Assembly: GCA_907165135.1 (NCBI GenBank)
Contig: OU015567.1
Location: 2,914,001-2,978,000, forward strand
Length of the DNA stretch: 64,000 bases
DNA from: Oikopleura dioica
Lineage: Eukaryota > Animalia > Chordata
Direction of reading: 5' to 3'
Position 1 is the first letter of the stretch; every line of letters begins with the position of its first letter. The position numbers were made by a program, and so were the translations under genes. The notes beneath the pieces were generated by a model, which had not been told where the DNA came from, ran no database searches, and was given only the letters and a program-made list of their open reading frames with translations. Shown here in pieces: positions 10,507 through 23,229 of this stretch.

Positions 10507-12100
10507 TCACTTTCTGTTGTTCTTCATTACTTTTCGCTTCATCGAGGAGTAAAAGCGCTGAATCGCCCCGTCGAGTTCATCGTTGTTGTCGCAATTTTCG
10601 TTACGCCGCGCGTTGATTGCCATCAATTTATCTCTAAAATAATTGAGCCATAACAGAGGTTGTTTTGATTAAAATAAGCTTGCCTCCACTCTCGCAACGT
10701 ATCTAAAGACATCACCAAATTTGAATCTGCACGCGTCAGGCTCGAGCTCGCACAGGATCGTTGCCGAATCACGCGCTAGAATTTCTATTATATTTGGATA
10801 AATAATAAAGAGCATCCTCATTAAGATCTAAGAAAGAACTAACGTCTGCGATAAACTTCGCTCTCTGGCACAGCGCGTCCATTTTGTATTCTTTCAATCG
10901 AGGCACCATGTTTTTCATCATTTCGCAAACTCGCTCGGAGAGATCGTACGCGAGGGCGTCTTCAGAAGAAATTGAGCTCTGGCAAGTCAAGTAGTTGGGA
11001 ACTGTTGTCCAGCGATTTTTGTTCGAGACGGTCCAGGTGTTGTCGGTTGGACAGCCCTTTCCCTCGTCGAAAGAACCGGAAGAGAAAGCTGAAGAGGAAT
11101 TTTTTGTTCGAAAAAGCTCAAGAAAGTACCTGTTCCAAAGAAATTTGCTTTGCTCTGCGGAAGAAGCTGCCAAATTTGAAACTGCGAGTTGAAGAAAATC
11201 ACGTCTCCTCGATTATCTAGCCACGCATCTTGGTCAACTGCTCGCTGGAACGTTCTTTGTCCGTTCAGAAGATCGTGGACGATGATATTTGAGCAGCAAG
11301 AGTCGCCCTGTTGAGCATTCTGACCAAGAAATCGATCCGGGGCGAAGTTTGAGTCGGATTCGGAATTTTGGACTTGGAGAGGACCGTTTCTGTCATTTGA
11401 TTTGTCCACTTAAAAATTGATGACTTTTGTCCAATCAAAATGCTTGAAAGAATTTCAAGGCCAATCAAAATAAGGAAAAATCACTTGGCCTAATAAGAAG
11501 CTGATGATTTAACGATTTTATCAATAAATTATTTAACAATTGATTAATTTTGATTAACTTACTGTTAATCATCAGCCTTGATTGAGCAGAAGCCACTAGA
11601 ATTGCTCGGACAAATTTCATTTTTCTTGTTTATTTCTTCCTTTTTTCCAGCAACTCTCTATTTCTTTTTGGGGTTGAAATAAATTTCCCAAGGTTTAAAA
11701 TTCTCGTAACGAACTTTAACGTAGACTGACTCAATCTTATTTGCGAGGCGAGACGCAAGTTCGAGTCCCAAATCGTGACGGTTCACGCGGCGGAACGGGG
11801 CGCCACCGCTCGAGCACTCTCTTTTTCAAAACTTTGCAGAAAAACAAATGAGCCGCAATAACCCCAATGGAAAACTCGTTTCCAATTATGATTCGTGTCT
11901 AAACAGAGAAACATCATTAGTGACAAGGAGGGAATATTCGCTCGCGTTTTCATCTTTTATAGCACCACTCAGCAACAATCTTATCACTAACTACCTATTG
12001 CTCGTTTTTCGGCACGTCCGAAATGTAAAAATAAGAGAAATTAATGAGTGTTTACATTTTCTGATTATTCATTCTTAGCAAGAGTTCAGCTTGGTACACC
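10507..12100 (-). CDS. Multi-exon hypothetical protein
   Basis: Open exons with GT-AG boundaries (HDLGLELASRLANKIESVYVKVRYENF; NIIVHDLLNGQRTFQRAVDQDAWLDN; GCPTDNTWTV..CEMMKNMVPRL; ..MKNNRK* at 10507). No family recognised; 5' end uncertain. Confidence 0.5.
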
Positions 12101-12320
12101 AACTTGAGTAGAAAACCAAATTCCTACGTCCGAGAGCTAAGAGTGTAAAAATAGTAATTTGGTAATTTTCATGTGATCGTACAAAAGTTTGAAACGTGCG
12201 CGAGCCAAATGAATTTAATCTGACCCCGCCCTTAAAATCGTGCATTAAATTTTTTGATGCTACGATTTACAAAAAGGAATCGAAGTTCTCTCAATCAAAG
12301 GCAGATTTTTTTTTCCTGAT

Positions 12321-12600
12321 AATTAACGCCGGAACGCATGGCGACCAATTAATTGGTACAACGCCCTTTAATGGCATTTCGACACATTTAGAAATTTGCA
12401 TATTTACTCATATTAATGAAATAATATGGGTAAAATATGGAGATGAAATTGAAGCTAAGCGTCTAAGAATTATTAATCTCTATCATTTTAACAATAAACA
12501 AATCAGTTTCATTGTTAAAAAGAGCTGAAAGGGGCATGCCAATTAATTGGTACGGTCTGCGTTCAGCATTGAAAAAATTTTATGCGTTCCGGCGTTAATT
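12321..12600. mobile_element. MITE, copy 1 (TTAA/TA flanked)
   Basis: AATTAACGCCGGAACGCAT ... ATGCGTTCCGGCGTTAATT, subterminal CCAATTAATTGGT palindromes; homologous to 52015-52290 in opposite orientation. Confidence 0.88.
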
Positions 12601-12639
12601 CAAAAGATTTGACGAATTATCAAAAATCAGAAATACAGT

Positions 12640-15600
12640 TTATTCAAATTGGAGAAAAAAGAAGGCAAAGAGTAAAGAAAAAGACAAGGAAATCAGTTCA
12701 GCAGAAGATTTGCAGTGCTCCTCTTCAGCATAATCGCCGATGCACAAAGCAAATTCCATGACGTGAGCGACCATGACCTGCTCATGCGTTCCGGTCATCA
12801 AGTGCGCCCATGGTCCTTGCGCGTACACTGCAACGTCTTCCGCTCCGTGAGTTTCGCCATTGGTCCCGGAAGGGTTGATATTTCGTACTGCTGTCGGAGC
12901 AAGAAGATTTTCAAATGGCTTTTTTCCGTTCGAAGTATCCCACTCGTCTTGGTACTCGCTGGGCAATTTGCGCACGCAAGTTACTTTTCCACTCTTTTAG
13001 ACGTTTTCACAAAATTTTGAATTTTTGAAGCACATTTTCTATTTAATCTTTTTTTTTTGCATGCAATTATCGAATAAATTTTTTTATCAAAAATTTATTC
13101 TTTTTTTCTATTTTTTTATCAGTTCATGAATAAAAGCCCGAGAAACATAATAATCATAGATGACAGTATTTTTCCACTTGCTGATCCGTCTTCATCCTTT
13201 TCAGTTTCTGCTTCGTTACAGTGAGGTTCTTCGGCGTAGTCGCCAATGCACAGGGCGAATTCCATCACGTGAGCAACCATAACTTGCTCGTGTGTGCCCG
13301 TCATCAGGTGTGCCCAAGGACCCTGGGCGTAGACTGGAACGTCCTCTGCCCCGTGGGTTTCAATGTATTCTCCTGACGGATCCCAGCTTTCGTCGGAATA
13401 AGTTCTGACGGCAGTTGGAGCGAGCAAATCAGCAAACGGCTTGTCTGTATCCCATTCGTCACTGTACTCGCTCGGCAATCTTCGTCCGCACGTGACGTTT
13501 CCGTACTTAAAGTGTTAGCAAAGAAGATGAGCGAATTTATTTCATGCAAGAATCATCAATTATTTCATTTTTAACGCATTCCTGATCAGTTTTCTCGTGA
13601 ATATTGTATCCCGGTCCATTTGCATATCCTGAAAAATACGAAAGGAATTCAAAAGGCTCAGTAGGTTACCAAGAATCATGACATTTTCTCCGTCAGGTGA
13701 AGTTTGACTTCCAGGGCCGAAGATGTTCTCTCCTCGTTTTCCATAAGCGCCAATGGAGAAAGTATGTGAGTGGTCAGCAGAAACCATAACTTTTTGCATG
13801 TTTGGGAAAATCGGTCAATAGGACTTTTCTGTTATTTTGATCAAACATCTTCCGATAGTTTCATTCAAATTAACCATCTCAAGTGAGTTGCCGATCATCG
13901 TATCGAATTCTTTCCAGTCATAAAGGGACCTTCAAGGGTTCAAAAATATCCGATATTTGGAGAAAATTGTTCTAGAAATAATTTCAACCCGTCATTAACA
14001 GGCATAGTATCATGATGCGCCAAGTCAATTTTTCCACCTTCGACAAAAAGGTAAAATCCATTCGGATTCAGGGACAATTTTTTGATGGCCGCTTCTGCCA
14101 TGAGTCGTAACTGTGGTTCCTCCGGCGCCTGAAATCGTTAATTTATTCTTGATTTCGAACAATTAACCCGAAAAAGCAAGACAACACTTACAAATTTCTC
14201 TCGAACGTATTCATATTCCAGATGTCGATCAGCATAAATGCCGATAAGACGCTGCTCAAGAGTCAAATTGTCCATCGCTTTTCGTAATTCTGATTCAGTT
14301 TCCACCAGGGTCACGTTGCCATCATCTTTCCATTCCTAAATAAATAAAGATTCAAGAATTGACCATTTACGGAATCAACTGTATGAAAATTTTCATAAAA
14401 TATATGATAATTTTCGAACAATTTTTCGACATTCCGCGAAATTTGAATTTCAAATTTCAAAATATATTTTAATCGGAAGAACGAAATTCCGTAAATGATT
14501 ATTAAAAAACGCAAATAATAAACATAATGTTTACGGAATTTCCGTATTTCGAAAAGCGCAAATCAAATAATTACCTGAATCAAATTGCGTCCATCCAATC
14601 TGTCGACAAAGAACTCGCGCCCTCCTCCCATGATCACATCAATATCGTCGTGCTCAAAAAGCTGGAGAGCAAGGTCCTTGCAATCTTCCATATCTTTTTA
14701 ATGGCTCTTGATAATAATCAATGCTTTCGTGTGAAAGATTTCCGCTCTACCGAGTAGGTGTGATCGGCAATCGCCGTATTTTAGATTCATTGTCAATTTT
14801 TAGATGGAAAATCTCAAGATCGTTCAAGCCGAAAAACTTCGATCAGATCATTTGATTTTAGATCAAACTCGAGAGTCACTGAGGGTGACCAAGGATAATG
14901 AATACGAAGAAACGTCACGCTTTACGTAAAACGTGAGGAATAACTGGAAGATGATCTCTTGCGTTGACGCTAAAGTTCGTGGTAAATGTATTTTTGACAC
15001 CTTTGACTCTTGACTTGTCTGTCTTTTGAGACGTAAGGTTGAAAACTGGCCAAGGACGTAAATAATAGTTCAGCGGAAATGATTCATTCTCGCTACCGGT
15101 CACCACTTCGCTGAAATCAACAACGACTATCGATTCTTATCGTTTTTATAAATTTGAAGAACCAAAGCCTTTGTCGCTGACATTTGGATCTTGTTTCATC
15201 CGCTTGTCCGAATACCATGTCCTTTCGGCGGATTTGCCAAAGACACCTGAAGGAGAAGCGTGGTTCACATAAGTCGTAGTGACGAAACCGACAGATTTCC
15301 CGGCGGCTTTTGCTTTTTCCAGAACTGACTGTACTTCGTTTCCGAGTTGGCTTTGGCAGTCTCCTCTCCGACCGGCAGCCGTTATTCCGACCGTGCCGTA
15401 ATTTCCTTAGTAAACATTACTCACAAAAGTTCAGAACACACCATAAATATGTTTAAAAAATCATCTTTTCAAATAAATGTAATTCTGGAACACCCGGCTT
15501 ATTAAATTAATGAACAACTCCATCGAGATCATTTTCAATAAAATTCTTTGTAAATTGAAAGATCACTTATAGATCACAGTAATTCTGTACCTTTGACTCC

Positions 15601-16074
15601 GGTCAAATAGGCAGTAGCCGTACCAGCAGAATCAGGAGTCTGATAGTCAACATTGTAAGTCTTCACGAGCCCTAGAATTTATGCAGGTCAGAATATAGTC
15701 CAAGGATTTTCTCTTCGTTTGGATTAAAATATTCCTATTTCTTTACCTGTGTAATCAAGACTTTCCATGCTGGAAACATGACCCTCTCCACCAGCCAGGA
15801 TCCTCCCAGCTGTCACTGATGGAACTCCCATTCCGTCACCAATGAACAAAATTGCATTCTTAGCCTTTCCCTTGATTTCCGGTTTTTGCTGCATTTTCCT
15901 CAACCTCTCTTTGCCAACATCTCTCCAATAGCCTTCCTTTTCTTCTTCCACCGGCCACGTGACCTCGATTTTCTCTCCCTTCTTTCGAATAGACGGGTGG
16001 TACTCTTCATCGTGGGCTTCCACAATCGCCGAAAGGCCAAGAAAAAGCGAGGAAAGCTTCATTTTTCCTAGCAA
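12640..16074 (-). CDS. ALP: Alkaline phosphatase (GPI-type C-terminus) with two alternative last exons
   Basis: Signal MKLSSLFLGLSAIVEA; KNAILFIGDGMG, active site PDSAGTATAYLTG, TTTYVNHASP, DVIMGGG, VSADHSH, GYANGPG, ETHGAEDV; hydrophobic C-terminal tails. Confidence 0.95.
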
Positions 16075-16498
16075 CTTTCTTTCGCAAAAGAAATAAGTGA
16101 TTTACAGAGCGTCAAATAGTCTTGGCAGAACTTTTATTTGAAGACTTGATGGGTACACATCAAATCGCGGGTTTGAATATACAGAACTGCAATTCAATTG
16201 AAAAAAAATGACCCGATTCTGGGGTCGTGTTTGTCAACAAATAGAAAGACAGAGAGAGCCGACTAATTCGTATTCTACCATATTCCGATTATGATATTCG
16301 TCATTGAACTTCTTCTAGCCCCGATCCTGGCAAGTCCGGTTATAGCGCCTCATAGAATTCTGAATTATCAGCGCTCTTCGGAAGTTCTAACTCGTCTTTG
16401 TCTGCCTGGTGGCGCTATCCTAGAAGTATAAAAGTAACGTTTGACTCTTTACCTCTTTGTATCCCGGTTTGACAAAAATAATAAGAAAGAAAAACAAG

Positions 16499-17219
16499 AT
16501 GAAAAACATTTTATTCGCATTTTTAACGATGTCAAATTGTCTAGCGCGGAATCCGACCTTTGTAACTTATCAAAACTTGGAAGGATTTTTGACGAGCAGT
16601 CTTGAAAGCTGCATTTTATTCACAGAAAAAGCGATGCAGATGAATATGGCACAAGGATATTTTGCGATTCCAGAAGCAAATGGATTCGGCGTCTATTGTT
16701 TTCCGCTGAGCAGACAGATTTCCAGAGTCAGACGGCATCGAACGCACATTTTTGATAAAAGCAGACATTACAGGTAAAGCCTTTCGGAAGAAAAAATCAA
16801 GTGTAGAAAAAAGTCAAAATCGATCGTAAATTTGGATATGAAAAAATTGAAATGTGAAATCCTTCGTAAAAGGGATTAATTTTCACTTATTACTATTAAT
16901 TATAATTTTAAAAAATTGATATTTGGATACGATTTTTAAGCTTAAATAAAATTAATAACTATGTAATTCCGAATAACTTTGTGGTTTTTTATTATTTTTT
17001 GTTGCTACGTCTTTTGTAAAACCCATTTTTAGTAACAACTTACAACCACACTCGCGAATTGAAGAAAACAGCTTACGAATCTTGAGTGGCAGCCGCCAAC
17101 ACTCTCAAAATTACTGCCGGCTAATCGCCGCAGCCTCATTTCACGACCACTTTGAGTTCAATTCTAGTGACCGCAGCTGCTCCCTGTTGCGTAAAAGCAG
17201 CTCAAAAGACATTCTGTAA
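16499..17219 (+). CDS. Small secreted protein; PAN/apple-like Cys pattern at C-terminus
   Basis: MKNILFAFLTMSNCLA signal; phase-2 GT-AG intron 16774-17032 joins to NNLQPHSRIEENSLRILSGSRQHSQNYCRLIAAASFHDHFEFNSSDRSCSLLRK..*. Confidence 0.55.
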
Positions 17220-18310
17220 ATCTGTATAAAAACTGTAAAAAGAAGACTGTAAATGCTTATCTAATAAATGAAGACCTAAAAGAGCTGTTCGTTAAATAAC
17301 CTTAAAGATCGAACAACGCTATTTTGGAACTTATCCAAGAATCGTGAAATTCTAGTAAAAACAAGCACAAATCAAAAAATTATCATCCACCGTGGATGCT
17401 TCCGAAAATTCGTTGTAAAAACATCAGAAGACCTTTAATTTTATGAAAAAAGGGATTTTTGCCTCCCATCAGTTTTGCGGATTTACATACCGCCCGTAAG
17501 TGGCTCCTTATCGCGACTCAAAAAAAATCCTTATCACTCAAACGAGCGCTATCTCACCGAGACGAGCCGCAGTAATGAGCTCATTTTACGCAAAAAACGA
17601 CCAAAATGCTACCTAAACTCATCACGATTTCAAAATTTAAAGATTCAGGCGTTAGATCTATCTCAAGTCACTGATTTATCTTTTCGTTATTTATTTTTCC
17701 CGCCTGTGTTAGTAATCTATCCTTGTTTTCAAAACGGGATCGGGTGGATAAGGTCAACCTGACATGCGAATTATGCCGAAAACGTAATTTGATCACCAGA
17801 CTCAAGCGAAGCGTTTTTCCCCTACAGCGGGATTCGAAGATGAGGAACCCTTAGAGCTTCGAAATTTTTTTGATTAATTCTTTTTAGGTTTTGTTATAAT
17901 TTCGATAAAGCTCTTTTTTCGCTTTCAATATCAAAAATTTTGCCGGTTTTAGCTTGATTAAAAACCGCTATCTTTTATTATCAAATCGGTCCAAACATGA
18001 TTGAGCAGCGTTGAACGAACTCGTTTATAATTGTTTTAACGATGGATTCTCAGCCTTCAACCCGGTGTCTGTGAGCGCGGTAGCAAGGTCGACCGCGCGG
18101 TGCCGCTCTAGAATCTCAAGGCGACTTGCGCACTACTCAGAGCATTTTCCATTGACCCCGACTATTGATGGCGTCCCTCCAGGCGCACAAAACTATAAAC
18201 ACTTTATAAAGCCTTTTTTGATAGAAAAATCCGCGCGATGAAGAAAATACGAAAATAGAGAAAGTTCAAATAAAATTAGAGAAAATGAAAACGTGAGCAA
18301 ATTTCAGAAG

Positions 18311-21238
18311 ATGATGAAAATCCTCTTTGGTCTAATTGGATTCGTCTTCCTTGGCTTATATTTTTGTGCCACCTTCCTTAATACGGAAGTGTCGATTTTC
18401 AGGTAATTTTAAACAATATAAGACGGTAAAAGATGATTTTCCAGTTATTTCTTTTCATTTTATCGTACTAGCTCTCTCCTTGTCCTGAAACCTTCTTTGT
18501 CAGGCTCTTGAATAAAGCACTCGTATTTTGAATTCAAACTCATGTCCAACGAATTCTAGCGCATACGGCTGGAACTTACAAAGTGACAACTCTCTGGAAT
18601 GGAAAACATGGTCCAACAATGCGCCCAAGGCACGGTGAAATTTTTAAACACTTTTGCTTTTTGCAGTTTTGGGTTGATGAAAGTATATTTACACTTGAGT
18701 TTTGAAGCTTGAGGACAGTTTTACATGTAACATGCTCTAAGCTCATTAGCAAACATAAGTTCACCGAATGTCAAGGGGCACATTCCGCGGCTAGAAAGAC
18801 CAAGCAGCGAAAATGCAGAGGAAGATGACTTAGAGGCAGAAAATCGTCTGGTAGACACAACAGTCGATGCAAAAACTGAGAGCAAATCTTATGACTCAAA
18901 AACCAGTGAAAAAGAAAGCCCCGAACCAGAATTCGAAGAAAAATCGTCGAATTCCGAAAATGATGACTCATCGAAATCCTCAAAACCCGTCGAAAACTCT
19001 AGTTCAACAGAAAATCTTGAAGAAATCTCTTCAGAAGAATCTACTTTCCCCGAAAATGATTCGCCAAAAACTCAAAAATCACAAGAAAAATCGGCAAAAG
19101 AAAAGCTCTTCAAAATGACATTCAACCAAGAAAACGTAATTGTAAAAGAAGGAATGAGCATGAAAGAAATTCATGAAAAGCTCATGACCAGATTGCCGAA
19201 ACCGTATTATGAAGAAGTTTTGAAAATGCAATATCCTTTGGAAAATTACGAAAGCCACAAAAACAAGTACAGTTTTTTATGGAATTTCTGGACATCAAAT
19301 TTCTGGACATTTTTCGGATTTTAAGGGGTTTTCTTGGGACAAATTCAAAGAGAGGGGTTATCAAATTTCTGGACATTTTTTTCTCAACAGATGTCTTCGA
19401 CATCTAAATTTTTAGTCAAACTTGAGTTATTTATGCCAATTTCATCTATAAAGAGCTATTATTCTTCGAAAATCTTATAATATAACAAGAAAGACGGCTA
19501 CAGCGCGTTTCTTTTATTGTTCTTTAGTAATTTTTTTCAAAAAAATCGTCAATTTTTCCGTCTCGAAAAATTTTTAAGCAATTTTGTTGGGACATTTTTC
19601 TGAAGGCTCTGTATCAAATTTCTGGACATTTTCGGGAAAAATGGGGGACAAAAAATGTCCAGAAATTCCATTATTAACTGTACGTCGTATTCTCGGTAAC
19701 AAAAAAATTTCTTTAAAAAAATGCCGAAAAATCGTCAAAATCTCTTAAATCTTTTTCATTTTCCCTTTTTTAGAGAGCGAATCAACATTTTGTTCTGGTT
19801 CGCCGGGCCGCGAAAAGATGAGCGCCGAAAGCCCTTCAAAGAACGTTGGATCGGCCCAGGAAATCACGAATATTGTGGCGACTGCTTCATCACCCCAAAT
19901 CGTCGTTGGAAAGAAAAGGCCGACGCCATCGTTTTTTCAAATGGCAAGTTGCTTTCCTGGCAGCTTTCTGGACATTATCCGTCTGAGCATAATTACGAAA
20001 AGCCGTATCCGCCCTGGCCAGATGTGACGAAAAGGGATGAAAAACAATGGTGGGTGTTTTACAACAGAGAAAGTGCTGTTAAGGAAAACAGGGTTTATTT
20101 ACGACAATAACAAAGTTTTTCCTATGAATAATGGGAAAAGATTGCCGCAAGTGAAATTTAATTGAAATGAAACCCTCCAAAAGAGCATCAATCAACAACC
20201 CTTCTTTTTCTACAAAAAGTCCTCTGAAATCGAATCCGCATTCAATGGAACGATGAATTATCGCCGCGACTCAGATTTCGTAAAATCCTTTGGTGATGGA
20301 TCCCGTGCCAATGCCGACCGCTATTTTGTCAATGGAACGAGAAAGGGAAGCGACGAGAGTTATTTGCAAGGAATTCTAGAGGAGAAGAAATTGTTGGAGG
20401 AAGATGTGGTTGCGGCGTGGTTTGTTTCGGACTGTGATCATACTGTAGGAGCAGAAATGAGATGGGCGTATGGGAAGAGGATGATTGATGCGGGCATCAA
20501 AATCCACGGGTAGGAAAAATAAACGATGAGATAACTTTTGAATATTTAAATTTGATGACTTTATTTAGAGAGGGCGAGTGCTTCAACAAAGTAACGGACC
20601 GCAAATTTTCGAGGATGTCGACCGCAGACTTCAACCTCGAGCACGTTAAATTCTACCTCGCCTTCGAGAACGCCTATCACTGCGACGACTACATTTCCGA
20701 GAAATTCTGGCGAAACGCGTTGACGAATCGGGCGGTTCCGATTGTTTTCGGGCCGAGAATTGGGGATGTTGATAAAGTTGCGCCGCCGAATAGCTTTATT
20801 CATGCAGAATGGTTTAGTTCGCCGGAATTGTTGGTTGAATATGTTAACTGGTTGGCGGAAAATGACGATGAATATTTAGGTGAAATAAGCTTTTGATCTA
20901 ATTTAAAAAATCATGTTAAGATTACCATCGCTGGAGAAATATCGCCCCAGAAAAACTAGCCCATCCAATCGAAGCAAAATTCAGCGCCCGAGTCGAAGAT
21001 ATGGCACTTTGTAATTTGTGCCGCAAGATTCGGGAAAACCGCGAAGGCGGAATTCGCCAATACTACAAATCTGTAAGCGCCAATTTAAAATTGGAAGGAG
21101 GTAATTTTCGTCTTTTAGATAATGAAATGGTGGTCGTTAGATGCCAGTCCAGAGTGCCAAATGGACACGGTTTATCCGGAATACTTGTACAAAATTAAAA
21201 ACAACAAGGTCGTCGAAAAAATTGACGGCAAAAGCTAA
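18311..21238 (+). CDS. Alpha-1,3-fucosyltransferase (GT10), type II membrane protein
   Basis: N-terminal TM MMKILFGLIGFVFLGLYFCATFL; long acidic stem; KADAIVF, MNYRRDSD, FYLAFENAYHCDDYISEKFWRNAL..AVPIVFG, PPNSFIH motifs. End coordinate approximate. Confidence 0.93.
19280..19670. mobile_element. MITE with 3-bp TTA TSD (PIF/Harbinger-like) in fucosyltransferase intron
   Basis: TTA|TGGAATTTCTGGACAT ... ATGTCCAGAAATTCCA|TTA; internal repeats of CAAATTTCTGGACATTTT. Confidence 0.78.
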
Positions 21239-21424
21239 CACAAAATGAGAAAATCGCTAGAATTTTGAAAATCTGCTCTTGCTAATTGAAAGTCATATTT
21301 ATTTATTTAAAATTTTAATGCAGTTCACTATTTATAAAAAAAACTTTGTTCATCTTCTAACTGCCAGTTCAAATACAGTAAAAGACAGTTTTCACAGACA
21401 GTAGTTCTTGTTTTGAGCATTAGA

Positions 21425-23110
21425 CTAGTACTTTGAGTAGCTAGAATATTTCGAAGCCGTTGTATATTTTGTCCCAGTTGATGGCTTGTAAGCTGAGCCA
21501 ATTGAAGAGCCGACAGATGAGGTTGAAAATCTTATAGAAGATGAGGAAGATGATTCATTTTTTCTCACCTGGAAGACAAGCTCCTGATAGAAGAGGAACC
21601 AAATCTGCTGGAAGAAGAAGTTCTCGTGGTGGCGCTGCCGAGAAACGGCTCTGGAACGGTGACTTTTGACGGTATCTGCACTTTCATTGCTAAAAACACA
21701 ATTGAATCAAGTTCGGGAAAACATCGTGCTGGAAAACCTTTCAAGTTGTTTAAATAAGCTGCGTCCATCGCCGGCCGCTTTTTCTTTTGTTTCGCTTCTT
21801 CGGCCGCCTTTGCCGCCGCTTCTTCTGCTTTTTTCTCCTCGGCTTTTCGGGCTTCTGCTTCTTCGCGTTTTTGCTCTGCGATTCTGTCGATTTCTTTCTT
21901 TTTCTCCGAATGCGGGCAAATTCGACTCTTGATTTCGATCGGCTGTCCGTCGAAAACGAATCTGCTAATATCAACTGAAAGGATTGAATCAAAGGGGAGC
22001 AAAGAAGAACAAATACCGTCGGGGAAGTTTTGAAAGGCGTAGGTTTGGAAAACAGCTTCTTCAGCAACAGTCCTTGTTGACGTCCTCAAATAGACTGGAA
22101 TGTCGGCATGATCATCGATGTAAGTTGAGATTCCACGGACAAGGTTTGCAGCTCCTTCGGCTTGTGGATCACTTTTAGGGAAAATGAAGTTAAAACAAGA
22201 ATACAGATAATTCTATGGTAAAAGAAAAACTTCCAAGCAGGACAGGGTTGTAGGCCAGCTCGCGCTGGCCCTCAACCTTGGTGAACTTGGAAGAACCTCC
22301 AGAGCTGGTGAAACTCTATCAACAGTTTTTTTCCTTCCGAGCGCGTGTTGTCTATTGGGCCGGCGACGGCCCAAATCGACTGAGTTGGATAAGATTCGAA
22401 CAGTACGAGCAGAATAATCCGTACTTATCCTCTTTTGCCCTCGACTTGGACCACCAAACCAAGTCGTCACCGAAGGATTTAGAGAAAAATCTGGTTATAA
22501 ACTCATTTTTTTTTCGAATAATCATTTTAGTTTTCTTTTCTTACCTGAATTCGACATTCGTGTCATCCATTTCGGTCAAAATCTTCCCCATCAGCCGAAC
22601 ATTCTCCACTTTCTCCCCTCTTTTTCTATTGAACGCTTCCAGTTCGTCAACACTGACATCAATAAAGAACTCGTCGCCAAATTCTTTCTCTAGCTCGCAC
22701 AACTCGGCAATATAAAATTCGTCATTTTGAAAAGGAATACTGGCAGTAGATCCGCCGAAATTCGAGTTTTTTGATTTCTCTTCTAGATCATCTAGAATTC
22801 CCATGCTCTTTTCTCTCTTTTTTTTTTTGTTTCTATTTTTATTTTAAAAGGATGAAGCAGGGCGGGTATATGGGCAGTGTGCGTCATGAGAGGGTGAACT
22901 TGGCTGATTAGGAGGCGATAAGATGACGAGCAAGAAGATCTGTTACTTGAGTCTCCCGAAAATTTCCCGAAAAATATGAAAAATTCAAGAGTTTTATTCG
23001 AGCTTTCCTTTGACAACATCAGTCAGACTGTACTTCCTCTTGTATCTTGCTACCCATCTTTCAAGATCTCGTTCGCTCTCAAAATCTTCTCTAATCGTCT
23101 TCGTCCTCAT
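21425..23110 (-). CDS. Multi-exon hypothetical protein with Glu/Ala/Lys coiled coil and Ser-rich tail
   Basis: ATG 23110 (MRTKTIREDFESERDLERWV); exons incl. 22541-22804 and 21565-22089 (EEAEARKAEEKKAEEAAAKAAEE); last exon ..SKYSSYSKY*. Confidence 0.55.
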
Positions 23111-23229
23111 CCTTTTTTTTGAAAATTGAGGCAGCCTCTTGACAGAAAAAAAAGAAAGACAGCTGATTTCGAGGTATTTTGCGAGGTTTTACTAAGTTTC
23201 GGGGTGCAGGTGAAGAAAAATACAGCTTT

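Noticed and set aside
11100-11173. FLWNRYFLE, resembling a SAC phosphatase motif, in ORF 10769-11173
   Set aside because: Crosses a likely GT donor (GGAACAG|GTAC) into an intron, the better exon frame is different, and no CX5R motif is present.
11755-11775. GTTCGAGTCCC B-box/tRNA T-loop motif
   Set aside because: No A box or cloverleaf; lies in an open minus-strand exon (HDLGLELASR).
14364-14497. 12-bp inverted repeat CATTTACGGAAT in an ALP intron
   Set aside because: Too short and AT-rich, and no TSD, to call a MITE.
17815-17845. Minus-strand TTCGAATCCC tRNA-like motif
   Set aside because: No T stem or acceptor stem pairing.
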